64,000 nt of DNA from an uncultured Pelagibacteraceae bacterium. GTDB taxonomy: Bacteria > Pseudomonadota > Alphaproteobacteria > Pelagibacterales > Pelagibacteraceae. The DNA lies in the NCBI GenBank assembly GCA_902514745.1, contig CABXRX010000001.1:9130-73129 (forward strand), written 5' to 3'. Of this stretch, positions 50,733 to 62,641 are shown piece after piece. The notes beneath the pieces were generated by a model. It made no database searches. It was not told where the DNA came from and saw only the letters and a program-made list of their open reading frames with translations. Within the stretch, counting starts at the first letter, position 1; every line of letters begins with the position of its first letter. Position numbers and translations under genes: made by a program.

Positions 50733-51005
50733 TTATATTAATGCTAAATTTCTTGCTCTTTTGATTGAAAGAGATAGCTCTCTTTGCTTCTTTTGAGAAA
50801 CATTTGTAATTCTTGAAGGTAAAATTTTACCATTTTCAGACATATATTTTTTTAATAGTCTTACATTTTTATAATCAACTGCCGGAGCACCTTTTCCTGA
50901 TAATGGACATGTTTTTTTAAACTTATATTTATTAGGTTGAAATATACTTAATTTTGCAAAATTGCTTTGTTTACTTTTTTTGTTTCCACTTTGTCTCTTA
51001 GGCAT
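50733..51005 (-). CDS. rpsR: 30S ribosomal protein S18
   Basis: [13 protein letters not shown] and IKRAR motifs. Confidence 0.97.
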   Translation of the reverse strand: MPKRQSGNKKSKQSNFAKLSIFQPNKYKFKKTCPLSGKGAPAVDYKNVRLLKKYMSENGKILPSRITNVSQKKQRELSLSIKRARNLALI

Positions 51006-51007
51006 AA

Positions 51008-51361
51008 TTAATTTTTATAACTTTCTTTTTTGTCATCATCTTCTCTTTTAGCAAAGTAGTTAGCCTCAAGATCAAATTTTTTAACTCTTACTGTTAAATA
51101 TCTGAGTAATTTTTTATCTATGGCTTCATTTTTTTCTAACTCATCAATTACGTTTCCTTTTCCTTTAATTTTAAAGTGAATGTAGCTACCTTTTTTATTT
51201 TTTTTAATTAAGTAAGAAAGATTAAGCAAACCCCAGTTCTCAGTTTTAACAATTTCACCCTCATTTTTTTCAACAATTTTAGAATATTTTTCTGTTAATT
51301 GCTTAATTTCACTTGGCGAAGTGTCTTGTCTAGCTATTATAGTATGTTCGTATAAATTCAT
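51008..51361 (-). CDS. rpsF: 30S ribosomal protein S6
   Basis: YEH and [12 protein letters not shown] motifs; precedes rpsR-rplI. Confidence 0.96.
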   Translation of the reverse strand: MNLYEHTIIARQDTSPSEIKQLTEKYSKIVEKNEGEIVKTENWGLLNLSYLIKKNKKGSYIHFKIKGKGNVIDELEKNEAIDKKLLRYLTVRVKKFDLEANYFAKREDDDKKESYKN

Positions 51362-51448
51362 TTAAGTTCTTTAATAAAAAGTGAGGATATACTATTATAA
51401 ATGTTCAATTACAATAGTTAAAAAGGCAAAATAAATAGTTTTTTTTAT

Positions 51449-52375
51449 ATGTTTTCAGTAATTTTTCCAGGTCAAGGTTCACAAATGGTTGGAATGGGAA
51501 AAGAATTCTATGACAATTTTGATTTAGTCAAAAACCTTTTTAAAGAAGCTGATGAAATACTTAATTTTTCAATTTCCAAGCTCATATTGGAAGGCCCAAA
51601 AGAAGAATTAAACTTAACAACCAATACTCAACCAGCAATATTTTTAATAAGTTATTCAATTTATAATGTAATTAAAAAAGAATTTAATATTGATTTAAGT
51701 AAAGCAAAATATTTTGCAGGACATTCTTTAGGCGAATATTCAGCTTTATGTTGTGCTGGATACTTAAGTTTTTCTGATACTTTAAAGATATTAAGAATTA
51801 GAGGAGACGCTATGCAAAATTCAGTTCCTAAAGGTCAGGGTGGAATGGTTGCGGTTTTAGGGTCAGCAATTCAATCAATTGAAAAAATATTAAAAGAAAA
51901 TGATGAAAATTTGAGTGTTCAAATTGCAAATGATAATTCCGAAGGTCAGATAGTGCTTAGTGGTAAAATAGATGATTTAGACAGATTAACTCAAATTTTT
52001 AAAGAAAATAAAATTAAAAATATTAGGCTTCCAGTAAGTGCACCTTTTCATTGTAGCTTGATGAATAAAGCAACAATTATAATGAAAGAAGAAATAAATA
52101 AATTAAAATTTACAGAAGTTGAGAATAAACTAATTTCAAATGTTACTGCAACAGAAATATCTAGCGTTGATGAGCTTAAAGATTTGTTAGTAGAGCAAAT
52201 TGAAAATAGAGTTAGATGGAGAGAAAGCGTAATAAATATGATTAATAGTAATGTAAGTCATTTTATTGAAATTGGTCCAGGTAAAGTATTGTCAGGTTTG
52301 GTAAAAAGAATTAGTAAGGAAGTAAGAATAGATACAATTAATAACCAAGAAGATATCGAAGGTTTAAAAATATGA
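51449..52375 (+). CDS. fabD: Malonyl-CoA-ACP transacylase
   Basis: FPGQGSQ, GHSLGEY and VSAPFH motifs. Confidence 0.97.
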   Translation: MFSVIFPGQGSQMVGMGKEFYDNFDLVKNLFKEADEILNFSISKLILEGPKEELNLTTNTQPAIFLISYSIYNVIKKEFNIDLSKAKYFAGHSLGEYSALCCAGYLSFSDTLKILRIRGDAMQNSVPKGQGGMVAVLGSAIQSIEKILKENDENLSVQIANDNSEGQIVLSGKIDDLDRLTQIFKENKIKNIRLPVSAPFHCSLMNKATIIMKEEINKLKFTEVENKLISNVTATEISSVDELKDLLVEQIENRVRWRESVINMINSNVSHFIEIGPGKVLSGLVKRISKEVRIDTINNQEDIEGLKI

Positions 52376-53109
52376 GTAATTTAGAAAAAAAAAATATTAT
52401 TGTAACTGGCGCATCGGGTGGAATAGGAAATTCAATAATTAAAAAGCTAAATGAAGTAGGAGCAAACATCTTAGCTTCAGGGACTAAAATTGAAAAATTA
52501 GAAGAGCTTAAAAAAAATTTTAAAGATATTAGGATATTAAAATTTGATATCTCTCAAAGTGACAAAATTGAAGATTTTATTGAAAATGCTACCAACGAAT
52601 TAGGAGGAAGTTTAGATGGCATAGTTAACAATGCTGGTATAACTCAAGACAATCTCGCAATAAGAATGAGTTTGGAAGAATGGCAGAGAGTTATAAATAT
52701 TAATTTAACTTCAACTTTCTTATTGAGCAAATTTGCTATTAAAAAAATGCTAAAAAATAAATCTGGAAAAATTGTAAATATAACCTCTGTTGTAGGCCAT
52801 ACTGGAAATTTAGGACAAGCTAATTATACAGCATCAAAAGCAGGAATTGTTGCTATGTCAAAAAGTCTTGCAATAGAATACGCTAAGAAAAATATTAATA
52901 TAAATTGCATCTCACCAGGATTTATAAAAACTGCAATGACAGATAAAATTGATGATAAATTTAAAGAAGTTATAGTATCAAAAATACCGTCAGCACGTCT
53001 GGGCGAGCCAAATGATATTGCAAATGCTGTATTATTTTTAATTTCAGATCAATCTAATTATATAAATGGAGAAACATTACATGTTAATGGGGGCATGTAT
53101 ATGGCTTGA
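52372..53109 (+). CDS. fabG: 3-oxoacyl-ACP reductase
   Basis: TGASGGIG, NNAGIT, NYTASK and LHVNGG motifs. Confidence 0.96.
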   Translation: MSNLEKKNIIVTGASGGIGNSIIKKLNEVGANILASGTKIEKLEELKKNFKDIRILKFDISQSDKIEDFIENATNELGGSLDGIVNNAGITQDNLAIRMSLEEWQRVININLTSTFLLSKFAIKKMLKNKSGKIVNITSVVGHTGNLGQANYTASKAGIVAMSKSLAIEYAKKNININCISPGFIKTAMTDKIDDKFKEVIVSKIPSARLGEPNDIANAVLFLISDQSNYINGETLHVNGGMYMA

Positions 53110-53158
53110 CAAAATAGCTTTTTAAACTATTAACAATTTATAACTAAAAAGGATCAAT

Positions 53159-53398
53159 ATGTCAGAAGACGTTTCAAGCAAAGTAAAAAAAATTGTAGCT
53201 GATCACTTAGGTATTGATGAAGCAAAGGTAACTGAAGAGTCAAGTTTTATAGATGATTTAGGTGCTGATAGCTTAGATACAGTTGAATTAGTGATGGCTT
53301 TTGAAGAAGAATTTGGATCTGAAATTTCAGATAGTGAAGCTGAGAAAATTTTAACTGTGGGTGATGCAGTTAAGTTTATCGAAGGAAAAGCGAATTAA
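53159..53398 (+). CDS. acpP: Acyl carrier protein
   Basis: [14 protein letters not shown] motif. Confidence 0.98.
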   Translation: MSEDVSSKVKKIVADHLGIDEAKVTEESSFIDDLGADSLDTVELVMAFEEEFGSEISDSEAEKILTVGDAVKFIEGKAN

Positions 53399-53406
53399 TA
53401 ATTTAA

Positions 53407-54039
53407 ATGCCCTCAGAAAATGATGGGGTAATGATTGTTTTATCCTCTCCATCGGGAGCGGGTAAAACCACATTAGTTAAAATGTTATCCAAAAAGGATA
53501 ACTATAAAATCTCCATTTCACACACAACTCGTAAACCAAGACCTAATGAAATAAATAATAAAGATTATTATTTTGTTAAAGAAGATGAATTTAAAAGACT
53601 TATTAAAAATCAAGAATTTCTTGAATATGCAAAAGTATTTAATAATTTTTATGGGACAACTAGAACACCAGTCATAGATAAATTAAATAAGGGCAAAAAT
53701 GTATTATTTGATATTGATTGGCAAGGTGCAGACCAGATCAAAAATATAAAATTAGATTATAAATTAGTAACATTTTTTATATTACCACCAAGTAAAGAAG
53801 TTTTACTTGAAAGATTATCAAATAGAGACATGAAAGATAAATTAATTGCCGATGAAAGAATGAAGCAATTTGAACGAGATGTTTTGCATTGGATAAACTA
53901 TGATTATGTAGTTGTAAATGATAATTTAGAAAATTGTTATTCAAAAATTTCTAATTTAATCAAAGCTGAAATTTCTAATGGTTCTAAAGATTATGATTTA
54001 GAATATATAAGAAATCATGTTGAAAAATTAACTTCTTAA
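53407..54039 (+). CDS. gmk: Guanylate kinase
   Basis: [17 protein letters not shown] and IDWQGA motifs. Confidence 0.97.
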   Translation: MPSENDGVMIVLSSPSGAGKTTLVKMLSKKDNYKISISHTTRKPRPNEINNKDYYFVKEDEFKRLIKNQEFLEYAKVFNNFYGTTRTPVIDKLNKGKNVLFDIDWQGADQIKNIKLDYKLVTFFILPPSKEVLLERLSNRDMKDKLIADERMKQFERDVLHWINYDYVVVNDNLENCYSKISNLIKAEISNGSKDYDLEYIRNHVEKLTS

Positions 54040-54813
54040 ATTTTCATACTCAATTGTTAATTTGTAATAAGTCTCAAAATCTAAGTTTTGAGGCCTTAAA
54101 TTTAAATCTATATCAAATTTATTAAGTAAATCAGTTTTTCCATTAAATATTTGATTAAATGGTTTTTTTAACATCTTTCTTCTATGGTTAAAAAATATTC
54201 TAGTAATTTTTTCTAAGTTTGTGGCATCTTTGATCTCAGCGAAGTTTTTTTTGGGAGTAAAATGAATTAAAGTACTTTTTATTTTGGGTCTTGGCGAAAA
54301 ACTTTCAGGTGATATATCGCAAATTTTATTTATATTAAGTCTCCAATTTGCTAATATTGATAATCTTCCATAATCAGAAGAGTTGTATTTAGCTATAATT
54401 CTATCAGCAACTTCTTTTTGAAACATTAAAATAAGGTCAGAAAACCAATAATCATTTTTTAAATTTATTATCCATGTGCTTAATATTTCTGTTGAAATAT
54501 TGTAAGGTAAATTTCCAAATACTATAATTTTATTTTTAGATAATGAGTTTTCATCAAACTTAAGTATATCTTCATTAAAAATTGTAACTTTTTCATTAAT
54601 TATATTTTTTAAAGACTCAGCCAGAAAAGTATCTTTTTCGACAAGAAATAATTTACTTGGTTTATTTTTAAGAATTTCTTTAGTCAAGTTTCCTGTTCCA
54701 GGACCAACTTCTAAGATTTCATTATTAGCAATTGGAACAGTTTTAATTATTTTATCAATTATATTTTTATCAATTAAAAAATTTTGACCCAAACTTTTTT
54801 TTGCTTTAATCAC
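54028..54813 (-). CDS. rsmA: 16S rRNA dimethyladenosine transferase
   Basis: GQNFL, EVGPG and NLPYNI motifs. Confidence 0.96.
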   Translation of the reverse strand: MIKAKKSLGQNFLIDKNIIDKIIKTVPIANNEILEVGPGTGNLTKEILKNKPSKLFLVEKDTFLAESLKNIINEKVTIFNEDILKFDENSLSKNKIIVFGNLPYNISTEILSTWIINLKNDYWFSDLILMFQKEVADRIIAKYNSSDYGRLSILANWRLNINKICDISPESFSPRPKIKSTLIHFTPKKNFAEIKDATNLEKITRIFFNHRRKMLKKPFNQIFNGKTDLLNKFDIDLNLRPQNLDFETYYKLTIEYENLRS

Positions 54814-55773
54814 TTAAAAATCAAGGAATTTAATTGAATTAAGTAAACTTAAATAGTTAGATTTATTTTTTCCAATCATATTTTCGTTAGGACCATGATC
54901 TGGAGAAACTCTTATGAAAGGAAGGCCAATAGTTAAGTTTATAGCATCATATTCATATAAAGTTTTAATTGGGGCAAGTACTTGATCATGATACATACCA
55001 ATTATTAAATCAAATTTTTTTCTGTTATTTTTTAAAAAAACTGTATCTGCAGGGATTGGTCCTTCAATATTATAATTAAGATCTTTTAAATTTTTAATTG
55101 CTGGCAAGATAATTTTAATGTCTTCGTTAAATTTATCTATACTTTCACAATGAGGATTTAATCCAGTAATACCAATTTTTACTTTTTTATTAAATGTTTT
55201 TTTCCAAAAATCATTAATAAGTTTTACTTTATTAATAATTTCTAGTTTATTAATTTTTTTTGAAACATACTTAATTGGAAGGTGAGTAGTTAAAGGACAA
55301 ACAGAGAGATCTTTATTATAAATTATCATTGCAAATTTTTTTGTATTAGTTTTTTTTGCTAGATATTCTGTGACACCAATATACTTATTTTTTAAAAAAG
55401 TTTTTTTGGATATTGGACCATTAATTAATTTATTACTAATATTATTTTTAAGTAAATTAATTGCAATGTTAAAACACGATGAAATATAGTCATTAGATTT
55501 AGATGTAATATTACTAAATGCTTGTGATTGATTTAAATTTACATTTATTAAATTTATTTTTTTTAAATTCTTACTTTTTTTAATTAAATTTAAATCATTA
55601 ATTAAATTAAAGCTAATTTTCTGTTTTAGAACTTTGGCTTGATCTAAAACTAATTTTTTTGAGGCAATTAATATTATAGGTGATTTAATATTCTTTTTTA
55701 TAACTTTGAAAAATAGTTCAAAAAAAATACTATTTGGTTCACCCGCAACAATTATTATTGGTTTATAATTCAT
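54814..55773 (-). CDS. pdxA: 4-hydroxythreonine-4-phosphate dehydrogenase
   Basis: GLNPH, MYHDQ and RVSPDHG motifs. Confidence 0.94.
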   Translation of the reverse strand: MNYKPIIIVAGEPNSIFFELFFKVIKKNIKSPIILIASKKLVLDQAKVLKQKISFNLINDLNLIKKSKNLKKINLINVNLNQSQAFSNITSKSNDYISSCFNIAINLLKNNISNKLINGPISKKTFLKNKYIGVTEYLAKKTNTKKFAMIIYNKDLSVCPLTTHLPIKYVSKKINKLEIINKVKLINDFWKKTFNKKVKIGITGLNPHCESIDKFNEDIKIILPAIKNLKDLNYNIEGPIPADTVFLKNNRKKFDLIIGMYHDQVLAPIKTLYEYDAINLTIGLPFIRVSPDHGPNENMIGKNKSNYLSLLNSIKFLDF

Positions 55774-56695
55774 TAATTTCTAAGTTTTTTTTAATCTTAT
55801 TGAAATATATTTTTGAATATTGATTTAATTGATTGTTTTTTTCAAAATTAACTAATTTTTTTAACTCACTTTCAACATTAACTTCAATTTTTGTTTTTTT
55901 TATATCGTTAATATGTAAAATTAAAAAACCGCCTGGAACTACAATTGGTTTTGTAAAATCGTCAATTTTTAAATTTTTAATAGCATCTTTAATATTTTTA
56001 TTTAAAGAATTTTCGTTGATCCAACCTAATTTACCTCCAAGATTAGAAGTTTGAGATATACTAAATTTTAATGCAGCAAAATCAAAACCTTTATCCTTTA
56101 TGACATCACTTATTTCTATAAATTTTTTATCCAAATCTTTTAAATTAGAAATTTCAAACGAAATTTCTGATAACAAATAAGATTTTAAGTATTTATTATT
56201 ATCTCTTAATATTTTATCTTTAAGTTTTTTTTCGTTTATTTTAACTTTTGAAGAAAATTGAATTAAAATTAATTCATTCCACAGCGCTTCAATTTCCAAT
56301 TTTTTTTTAACATCCTTAAAATTAACTTTATTTATTTTCAAATAATCCTTGAACTCATCTAAACTATTCAATCCAATTCTTGAATAAATATTTTTTATGA
56401 TTTGCTCTAAGAATTCTTGAGGTATTTTTGGGTTTTTAAAGTTTTTTTCAATCTCAATTCTTTTAATTTTTTCTTGAATAATTGATCTCTTGGAAAGTTT
56501 AATAATGTCTTCTTTTGATGAGTTTTTTAAGTTTTGATTTAACGCAACCAAATATTTGAATTCATTATCTATATCTAAGCTAGTGATTATTTGATTTTCA
56601 ATTTTGAATAATATTTTATTTTCTAGACTAATTATATTTGTATTATAGGAAAAAAAAACAACCGTGAAAAATATTAAAAATTTATTTTTAATCAT
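55763..56695 (-). CDS. surA: SurA-like peptidyl-prolyl isomerase/chaperone
   Basis: IITSLDI and GGKLGWI motifs; lptD-surA-pdxA-rsmA synteny. Confidence 0.85.
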   Translation of the reverse strand: MIKNKFLIFFTVVFFSYNTNIISLENKILFKIENQIITSLDIDNEFKYLVALNQNLKNSSKEDIIKLSKRSIIQEKIKRIEIEKNFKNPKIPQEFLEQIIKNIYSRIGLNSLDEFKDYLKINKVNFKDVKKKLEIEALWNELILIQFSSKVKINEKKLKDKILRDNNKYLKSYLLSEISFEISNLKDLDKKFIEISDVIKDKGFDFAALKFSISQTSNLGGKLGWINENSLNKNIKDAIKNLKIDDFTKPIVVPGGFLILHINDIKKTKIEVNVESELKKLVNFEKNNQLNQYSKIYFNKIKKNLEINEL

Positions 56696-58984
56696 TTATC
56701 TAAACCAACTTTTCAAACCAGGCGATCCAGGTATTTTTTTATATATTTCCCTTTCATAAGTGGTAAGAGGAATTAGTGTTATTGTAAAAAATAAATCTTC
56801 AGTTGGAACTAAATCTTTATCTTGGTAGAAAGTTTTATTAAATTTTAACGCCGCCGTTAAACAGTCATTTTTATATTCATAACTTAAATCATAATATTCT
56901 GTTAGGTTAATTTCTTTATTTCTTCTTGTTGAAAATTGAAGTGAAGTATTATCATTAACTTTATATTCTGTGGTATTTGAAATCAAATGTGTAGAGCCTA
57001 GTTCATTTCTTTTTTCAATATAATTAAAGGTTGTAATAAAATTATTTATTGAAATTTCTGTCCCAATACTGTTTGAGTTTATTGTTTTCAAATCATTATC
57101 TAATGAAAATTCATAAGATAAATTAACATTATCAAATAAATTATTTTGGATTGATCCAAATAAATTAGAAGTTTTTCTATTAATGGTTGAGCTTGAAGGG
57201 ATCTCAGACTCAATTTGATCTCTTAAAACTGTCGCAAGATTAAATTCTATAAATTTATCCTTAACGTTATCGTCTAGTTCATCATCATTTTGATAGTTTT
57301 CAAGTTTATCAAACTTATAACCCAAACCTAATGTTAGTGATCTGCCAGCCTCATATTCTGAAATACCAAGTCTATCTAGTTCAAATACATTTCCCAAACC
57401 AATTTCTCTTGATGTCCCACTTTTATCGTCCATATTATTTCCTGGATTTATCCTGAAAGAAAATCTAGGGGTTATAGTTTCTTGGCTCATATCATTATAT
57501 TTTATTAATGGAATAGTTGTGTCAAATATCATCATGCTAGAACCATCTATTTGTGGGTTCGAGCTATATGTTAAGTCATTTTTAGCGATTGTATTTGTAT
57601 TTCCAAGATAAAGATTAAAACCACTCTTGAATCCTAGATCAGATATAAAATCAGGAGAACTATAATTAAGATTATTACTAATTTGACTTACTAAATTGTT
57701 TGTATTTTTAAGTTTGTTACTACCACTTGATGAAAAATTAAGTGAACCCAAGATAGAATTATCTGAAAGTATAGAGGTTAAGTTTTGAGATAAATTATAG
57801 TATGGTAAAGTATATTGATACCGATCGCTATTTTTTACTCCCAAGTTTTCATAAACTAAAATTCCAGTTGTAAAATTTTGATTTTCTTTCTCAAGGTAAA
57901 GTTCCATATTTGAATTCATTGTTCCAAGATTATCTGGCTTTAAAAGAGTATGAGTATCAAATAAATTATTTTGAAAAACTTTTAAGTAAGTATCATTAGT
58001 TACCTTTTCAAAATGAATATCAAGTTCACTTTCTGAATAATTAGGAATTTTTAAATCACTTTTGTAATCTAAAAAAAAATGATTAGCATTTTTATATTTA
58101 TTGTCTGAAGATCTCTTATAATCTCTTAACAATCCAAAATCAGCAATAAGAAAAGAGTCTTTACTTTGTTTTCTAAATTCACTTTGTAAAATATATTTTT
58201 CTCTCTCAAATTTTCTAAGTTTTTCAAATAATGTAGGCTTAAATGTTAGATCCTTATCATTGCCCAAAGTTTTAAAATAAGGAATATATAATGATGAACC
58301 TAAGGTTTCTGAATTATTGAATTGAGGTTGTAAAAAACCACTTCTTCTTTTTACAGAGGGATCTGGGTGAAAAAATTTTGGAAAATATAAGACTGGAATA
58401 TCATAAATTTTTAAAATTGCATTTTTATAGATCATGTCTTGTTTTATTTTGTCATGTGTTATTGTATCTGCTTTAATGCTCCAGGGAGGGCAACTGTCAT
58501 TAAGCTTACAACTAGTAAAAATTCCATTATCAACAACTGTTTTTTTTTCATTGCTATATGAAGATGATCCATACAATCTAGGATCGTTTTCATTATCATC
58601 AAAGATGTCTTTATGGGTGTTAATTTTAGTCTCTTTTGCTATATGGCTTTTATTTTTAAAATTAAAAAAACCCTCTGAAAAAAAATATTTATCAGTTTTA
58701 TTTTTATCAACCTTTACCAAAACTTCAATTTTTTCTCCCTTTAATAGCTCTTTATCTATATTATAATAAAAATTATCTAGTTTATAAAAATTACCATTAT
58801 CATCTTTTACAGATGATTTTTTTTTAGAGAATAATTTTTGAGTATTTCTTAAATAAGTAACATTTTCTGAATTAAATATATATTTTTTCTGAATTAAAGC
58901 CTTAGTTTTTCCTTCAGTAAATACTTTTTCTTCGTTTTTTAAATAAGTAATTTCATTTGCATAAATTGTTGTATCTTTCTCAAA
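56696..58984 (-). CDS. lptD: LPS assembly protein LptD, lacking its 5' end
   Basis: [17 protein letters not shown] and YKNDC motifs; frame is open upstream of the ORF-track start to a TGA at 58985-58987, with no ATG or signal peptide. Confidence 0.85.
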   Translation of the reverse strand, partial: FEKDTTIYANEITYLKNEEKVFTEGKTKALIQKKYIFNSENVTYLRNTQKLFSKKKSSVKDDNGNFYKLDNFYYNIDKELLKGEKIEVLVKVDKNKTDKYFFSEGFFNFKNKSHIAKETKINTHKDIFDDNENDPRLYGSSSYSNEKKTVVDNGIFTSCKLNDSCPPWSIKADTITHDKIKQDMIYKNAILKIYDIPVLYFPKFFHPDPSVKRRSGFLQPQFNNSETLGSSLYIPYFKTLGNDKDLTFKPTLFEKLRKFEREKYILQSEFRKQSKDSFLIADFGLLRDYKRSSDNKYKNANHFFLDYKSDLKIPNYSESELDIHFEKVTNDTYLKVFQNNLFDTHTLLKPDNLGTMNSNMELYLEKENQNFTTGILVYENLGVKNSDRYQYTLPYYNLSQNLTSILSDNSILGSLNFSSSGSNKLKNTNNLVSQISNNLNYSSPDFISDLGFKSGFNLYLGNTNTIAKNDLTYSSNPQIDGSSMMIFDTTIPLIKYNDMSQETITPRFSFRINPGNNMDDKSGTSREIGLGNVFELDRLGISEYEAGRSLTLGLGYKFDKLENYQNDDELDDNVKDKFIEFNLATVLRDQIESEIPSSSTINRKTSNLFGSIQNNLFDNVNLSYEFSLDNDLKTINSNSIGTEISINNFITTFNYIEKRNELGSTHLISNTTEYKVNDNTSLQFSTRRNKEINLTEYYDLSYEYKNDCLTAALKFNKTFYQDKDLVPTEDLFFTITLIPLTTYEREIYKKIPGSPGLKSWFR

Positions 58985-59859
58985 TCAGGCTTGTCACTTC
59001 CATAATTTAACATTGCTTGAGCGTATGAAATTTTTGGAAATTTATCATACATTAGTTTTTTATTTGAAAATTTTTTAAAAGTATTAACCATTAAATTTTC
59101 AACAACTTTGAAAACATCCTCTTGTTCTACAAATGACATCTCTAAATCAAGCTGATAAAATTCTCCTGGACTTCTGTCTGCTCTAGCATCTTCATCTCTA
59201 AAACATGGAGCAATTTGAAAATATTTATCAAAACCAGAGACCATTATTAATTGCTTAAATTGCTGAGGTGCTTGCGGTAATGCATAAAATTTTCCAGGAT
59301 TTAATCTGCTTGGAACTAAGAAATCTCTCGCGCCTTCTGGGCTAGAAGATGTCAATATTGGAGTTTGAAACTCTAAAAAACCAAGTTTAGTCATTTCGTT
59401 TCTAATATGTGAAATCACTTTTGATCTTAAAATTATATTTTCATGAATTTTTTTTCTTCTTAAATCTAAAAATCTATATTTTAATCTAATTTCTTCAGCA
59501 TACTCTTGATCACTAAAAACTGGCATAGGTAACTCTTTACAAGTTCCTAGTATTTCAAAGTCACTTATAACAACTTCGATCTCACCTGTTTCAATATCTT
59601 TATTAATTGTCTCCTCGGAACGTTTAATAACTTTTCCACTAATTTTTATAACTGTTTCGAGTTGAGTTTTTTCTAATTCTAAAAAGTTTTTATTTTCTTT
59701 GTCAATTATACATTGAGTAATTCCATAATTATCTCTTAAATCAATAAATAATAGATTGCCATGATCTCTTTTTTTATTAATCCATCCAGATATAGAAATA
59801 TTTTTATCTAAATCTTCCTTTCTTAATTCGTTACAATTATGTGTTCTATACTTATTCAA
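58939..59859 (-). pseudogene. aspS: Aspartyl-tRNA synthetase, N-terminal half only
   Basis: YRTHNC, RDHG, PEGARDF, ALPQAPQ and CFRDED motifs; homology ends at GSDKPDLR, roughly half the normal length. Confidence 0.9.
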
Positions 59860-60534
59860 CTATTCTCCTAAGGCTTCTTTTATAATCTTAAAATCGATAG
59901 GCTTTTTTCTTTTTAAACTAATTTTGTCGATTTTATATATGAAATCAAAAATTTTGCCATACGATCTATCAATTCTTTTAATAATAAAATCTATTAGCTT
60001 TTTATCTATAGATATTTGACGATCTGATAAGTTTTTTAATATAAGAGCAAACAAAAGATCATCTCCAGGTTTTTCTATATTGCATAATAAAAAATTTTTG
60101 GATCTTGAGTTTAAATCATTTAATTTAAATGGATAGTCTACAATTGGTATTTTAGAAGTTATAATTAAATATTTGTTATCCTGATCAATAATATTTAATA
60201 ATGTAAAAAATAAGTTTTCATCGATTCTATCACTAAAATTTTCAATAATTATATTTTCAAAAATCTTTACTTTTTTTAAAAAATCATTGTTTATTTCATC
60301 AGCTGCTATCTTAATTCCATTAAACTTACGTAAAAAAATATTTACTAAATGTGTTTTTCCTGAAAACTTTTCTCCAATCAAATTTACAAAATTCTTTTCC
60401 CACTTGGGCCAATCATTTAATAATTTGAATGCGAATTCATTACTACGTGAAACATAAAAATCTTGATCTTTAAAATTTTGTTCATAATCAAAATTCAATA
60501 TTAATTGATTTAGATCATTCATTTCAAGGCCCAT
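59860..60534 (-). CDS. hda: DnaA regulatory inactivator Hda/HdaA-like protein
   Basis: QLILNF clamp-binding motif, GKTHL and DLNSR; near purM. Confidence 0.85.
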   Translation of the reverse strand: MGLEMNDLNQLILNFDYEQNFKDQDFYVSRSNEFAFKLLNDWPKWEKNFVNLIGEKFSGKTHLVNIFLRKFNGIKIAADEINNDFLKKVKIFENIIIENFSDRIDENLFFTLLNIIDQDNKYLIITSKIPIVDYPFKLNDLNSRSKNFLLCNIEKPGDDLLFALILKNLSDRQISIDKKLIDFIIKRIDRSYGKIFDFIYKIDKISLKRKKPIDFKIIKEALGE

Positions 60535-61598
60535 ATTTGATTTTGAATATCAAATTCATACTTTTTATCTTTCATAATTTTTAGAAAATGGTCTGGGGAT
60601 CCATTAAAAATAATTTTATAAAAATTATCACTGTTATTGAATTTATAAATATAAAAATCATATATTAAATCCATATTGTTTAGTATTTCTTCAAATTTTG
60701 AAATTTCTAAATTATCAATGTTGCTCATTGAGATTGTTAAAGGTAATTTAACTGATGTATTAATTTCATTTTTATTTTTCCAATAATTTTCATACAATTC
60801 TTTTAATCTTTCAATTAATTTATCTGCTTCTTGATAATTATATATATTGAGATTAGTAAAATTTGCGTTTTTAAGATCTTCTTTTTGATTAATATTTATT
60901 TTATTTAAAACTTTAATATCATTATTATTTTTAAAGATAATTGATATAATGTATTCGTTAAGATTATATTTTTGAATTATTTTCTTAAATTTATAACTTT
61001 CTAAATTTTTTATATTATTTTTAATTAAATAAAAATCATCAAGATCTTCAGTGGGTAAAATATAATTAAGTAAATGATACTTTTGAGTATTGGAATTCCA
61101 ATTATTGAAAATATAACTTTCAGAAAAAATTAAAATTTCATCTTTATTTTTATCTATAATAATTGGTAGAAAAAAAATATTTTTTTTAATAGGCAGAGAT
61201 GGAAAAATGTTTTTTGTCTCCATAAGACTGAGTATTTTTTTTTTATTAAATGACACATTTAAAGATAAATAATAAATTTCATTAATAAACTTTTCTTCTT
61301 TTATAGAAAAAGTTTCAATCATGCCTTTAACTTGACTAAGAGATATTTTACCAAGTTTTTTTTGATCTTTAGTTTGGACTATAGATAAGATTAACCTATC
61401 AAATGCTTGAGAAAAACCCTCTTCAATTATGTCATTTTTATTAAAATTAATCTCAAAAGGGGTGGATATTTCAATGTCATTAATAGAAAAAGTCTTGGCT
61501 TGAATATTTTCTGTGGAAAAAAAAATATTTAACAAAGCAAGTAAGCAAAAATAAATATATAATCTTTTATAATTGAAAAGTTTAATATTAAATCTCAT
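60519..61598 (-). CDS. Exported hypothetical protein (DUF2066-like position)
   Basis: Signal/TM segment at the N-terminus; lies between hda and purM. Confidence 0.65.
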   Translation of the reverse strand: MRFNIKLFNYKRLYIYFCLLALLNIFFSTENIQAKTFSINDIEISTPFEINFNKNDIIEEGFSQAFDRLILSIVQTKDQKKLGKISLSQVKGMIETFSIKEEKFINEIYYLSLNVSFNKKKILSLMETKNIFPSLPIKKNIFFLPIIIDKNKDEILIFSESYIFNNWNSNTQKYHLLNYILPTEDLDDFYLIKNNIKNLESYKFKKIIQKYNLNEYIISIIFKNNNDIKVLNKININQKEDLKNANFTNLNIYNYQEADKLIERLKELYENYWKNKNEINTSVKLPLTISMSNIDNLEISKFEEILNNMDLIYDFYIYKFNNSDNFYKIIFNGSPDHFLKIMKDKKYEFDIQNQIWALK

Positions 61599-61609
61599 AA
61601 AACATATTA

Positions 61610-62641
61610 ATGAATAATAAATTAATTACCTATAAAAAAAGTGGAGTTAATATAAAAGCAGCAGATAAATTTGTTAATTTCATTTCATCTGTTTCATCAA
61701 AAAAAAAAGGCAAAAAAAAGTTTTCAAATATTGGTGGTTTTGGTTCTATATCAGATATTCCAAATCAAATAAAACAACCCAAAATTGTTGCTTGTACAGA
61801 TGGGGTTGGCACAAAAGTGGAAATTGCAAACACACTTAATAAGTATGATACTATTGGAATTGATTTAGTTGCAATGAGTGTTAATGATTTAATTGTTCAA
61901 GGAGCTAAACCACTACTATTTCTAGACTACATTTCAATAAATAAAATCCATTTGAATAAATTAAAATCAATTATTAAAGGTATTGTGAAAGGTTGTAAAC
62001 TGTCTCAATGTGAATTAGTTGGAGGAGAAACGGCCGAAATGCCTGGCACATATGAAAAAGGGAAATTTGATATTGCGGGTTTTGCAGTTGGAGTTGTTGG
62101 AAAAAATAAAATTTTAAGTAAAAATAAAATTAAAAATAATGATTTAATTTTGGCTATTCCTTCAAGTGGTTTGCATTCAAATGGTTATTCTTTAGTACGT
62201 TATCTTATTAAGCAGAAAAAAATAGATATTAAAAAAAATAAGTTTTTAAAAAAAGAATTAATCAAACCAACTAAAATTTATGTTAGCGAAGTTTTAAAAT
62301 TAATAAATAAAGAATTAATTAATGGATGTGCAAATATTACAGGAGGTGGTTTAGCTGATAATATTAAAAGAATAATTCCAGATAATTTTTCAGCAGAAAT
62401 AGATTTAGACAAAATAAAAACATTTAAAATTTTCAAATGGTTACATAAAAATGGTATTTCAGATAATGAAATGATAAAAACTTTCAATTGTGGTGTTGGT
62501 TTTTGTTTAATAGTTAGTCCAAAAAAATTAAATAAAATTAAAGGATATTTTACTAATAATTTTAAACCTTATGTTATAGGAAAAATTACTAAAAATTTTA
62601 AAGATAAAGTTAAACTAAATGGTTCTGTCAACTGGTTCTAA
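61610..62641 (+). CDS. purM: Phosphoribosylformylglycinamidine cyclo-ligase
   Basis: TDGVGTK, GGETAEMPG and SSGLHSNGYSL motifs. Confidence 0.97.
   Translation: MNNKLITYKKSGVNIKAADKFVNFISSVSSKKKGKKKFSNIGGFGSISDIPNQIKQPKIVACTDGVGTKVEIANTLNKYDTIGIDLVAMSVNDLIVQGAKPLLFLDYISINKIHLNKLKSIIKGIVKGCKLSQCELVGGETAEMPGTYEKGKFDIAGFAVGVVGKNKILSKNKIKNNDLILAIPSSGLHSNGYSLVRYLIKQKKIDIKKNKFLKKELIKPTKIYVSEVLKLINKELINGCANITGGGLADNIKRIIPDNFSAEIDLDKIKTFKIFKWLHKNGISDNEMIKTFNCGVGFCLIVSPKKLNKIKGYFTNNFKPYVIGKITKNFKDKVKLNGSVNWF

Noticed and set aside
53398-53407. No fabF/mltG between acpP and gmk
   Set aside because: Both genes are intact with a clean 8-bp gap; consistent with ordinary streamlining or rearrangement.
2832-62487. 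Many short alternative-frame or antisense ORFs (e.g. 2832, 9396, 16729, 35330, 46666, 49263, 50250, 58434)
   Set aside because: They lie within well-supported genes and carry no recognisable motifs; shadow ORFs.
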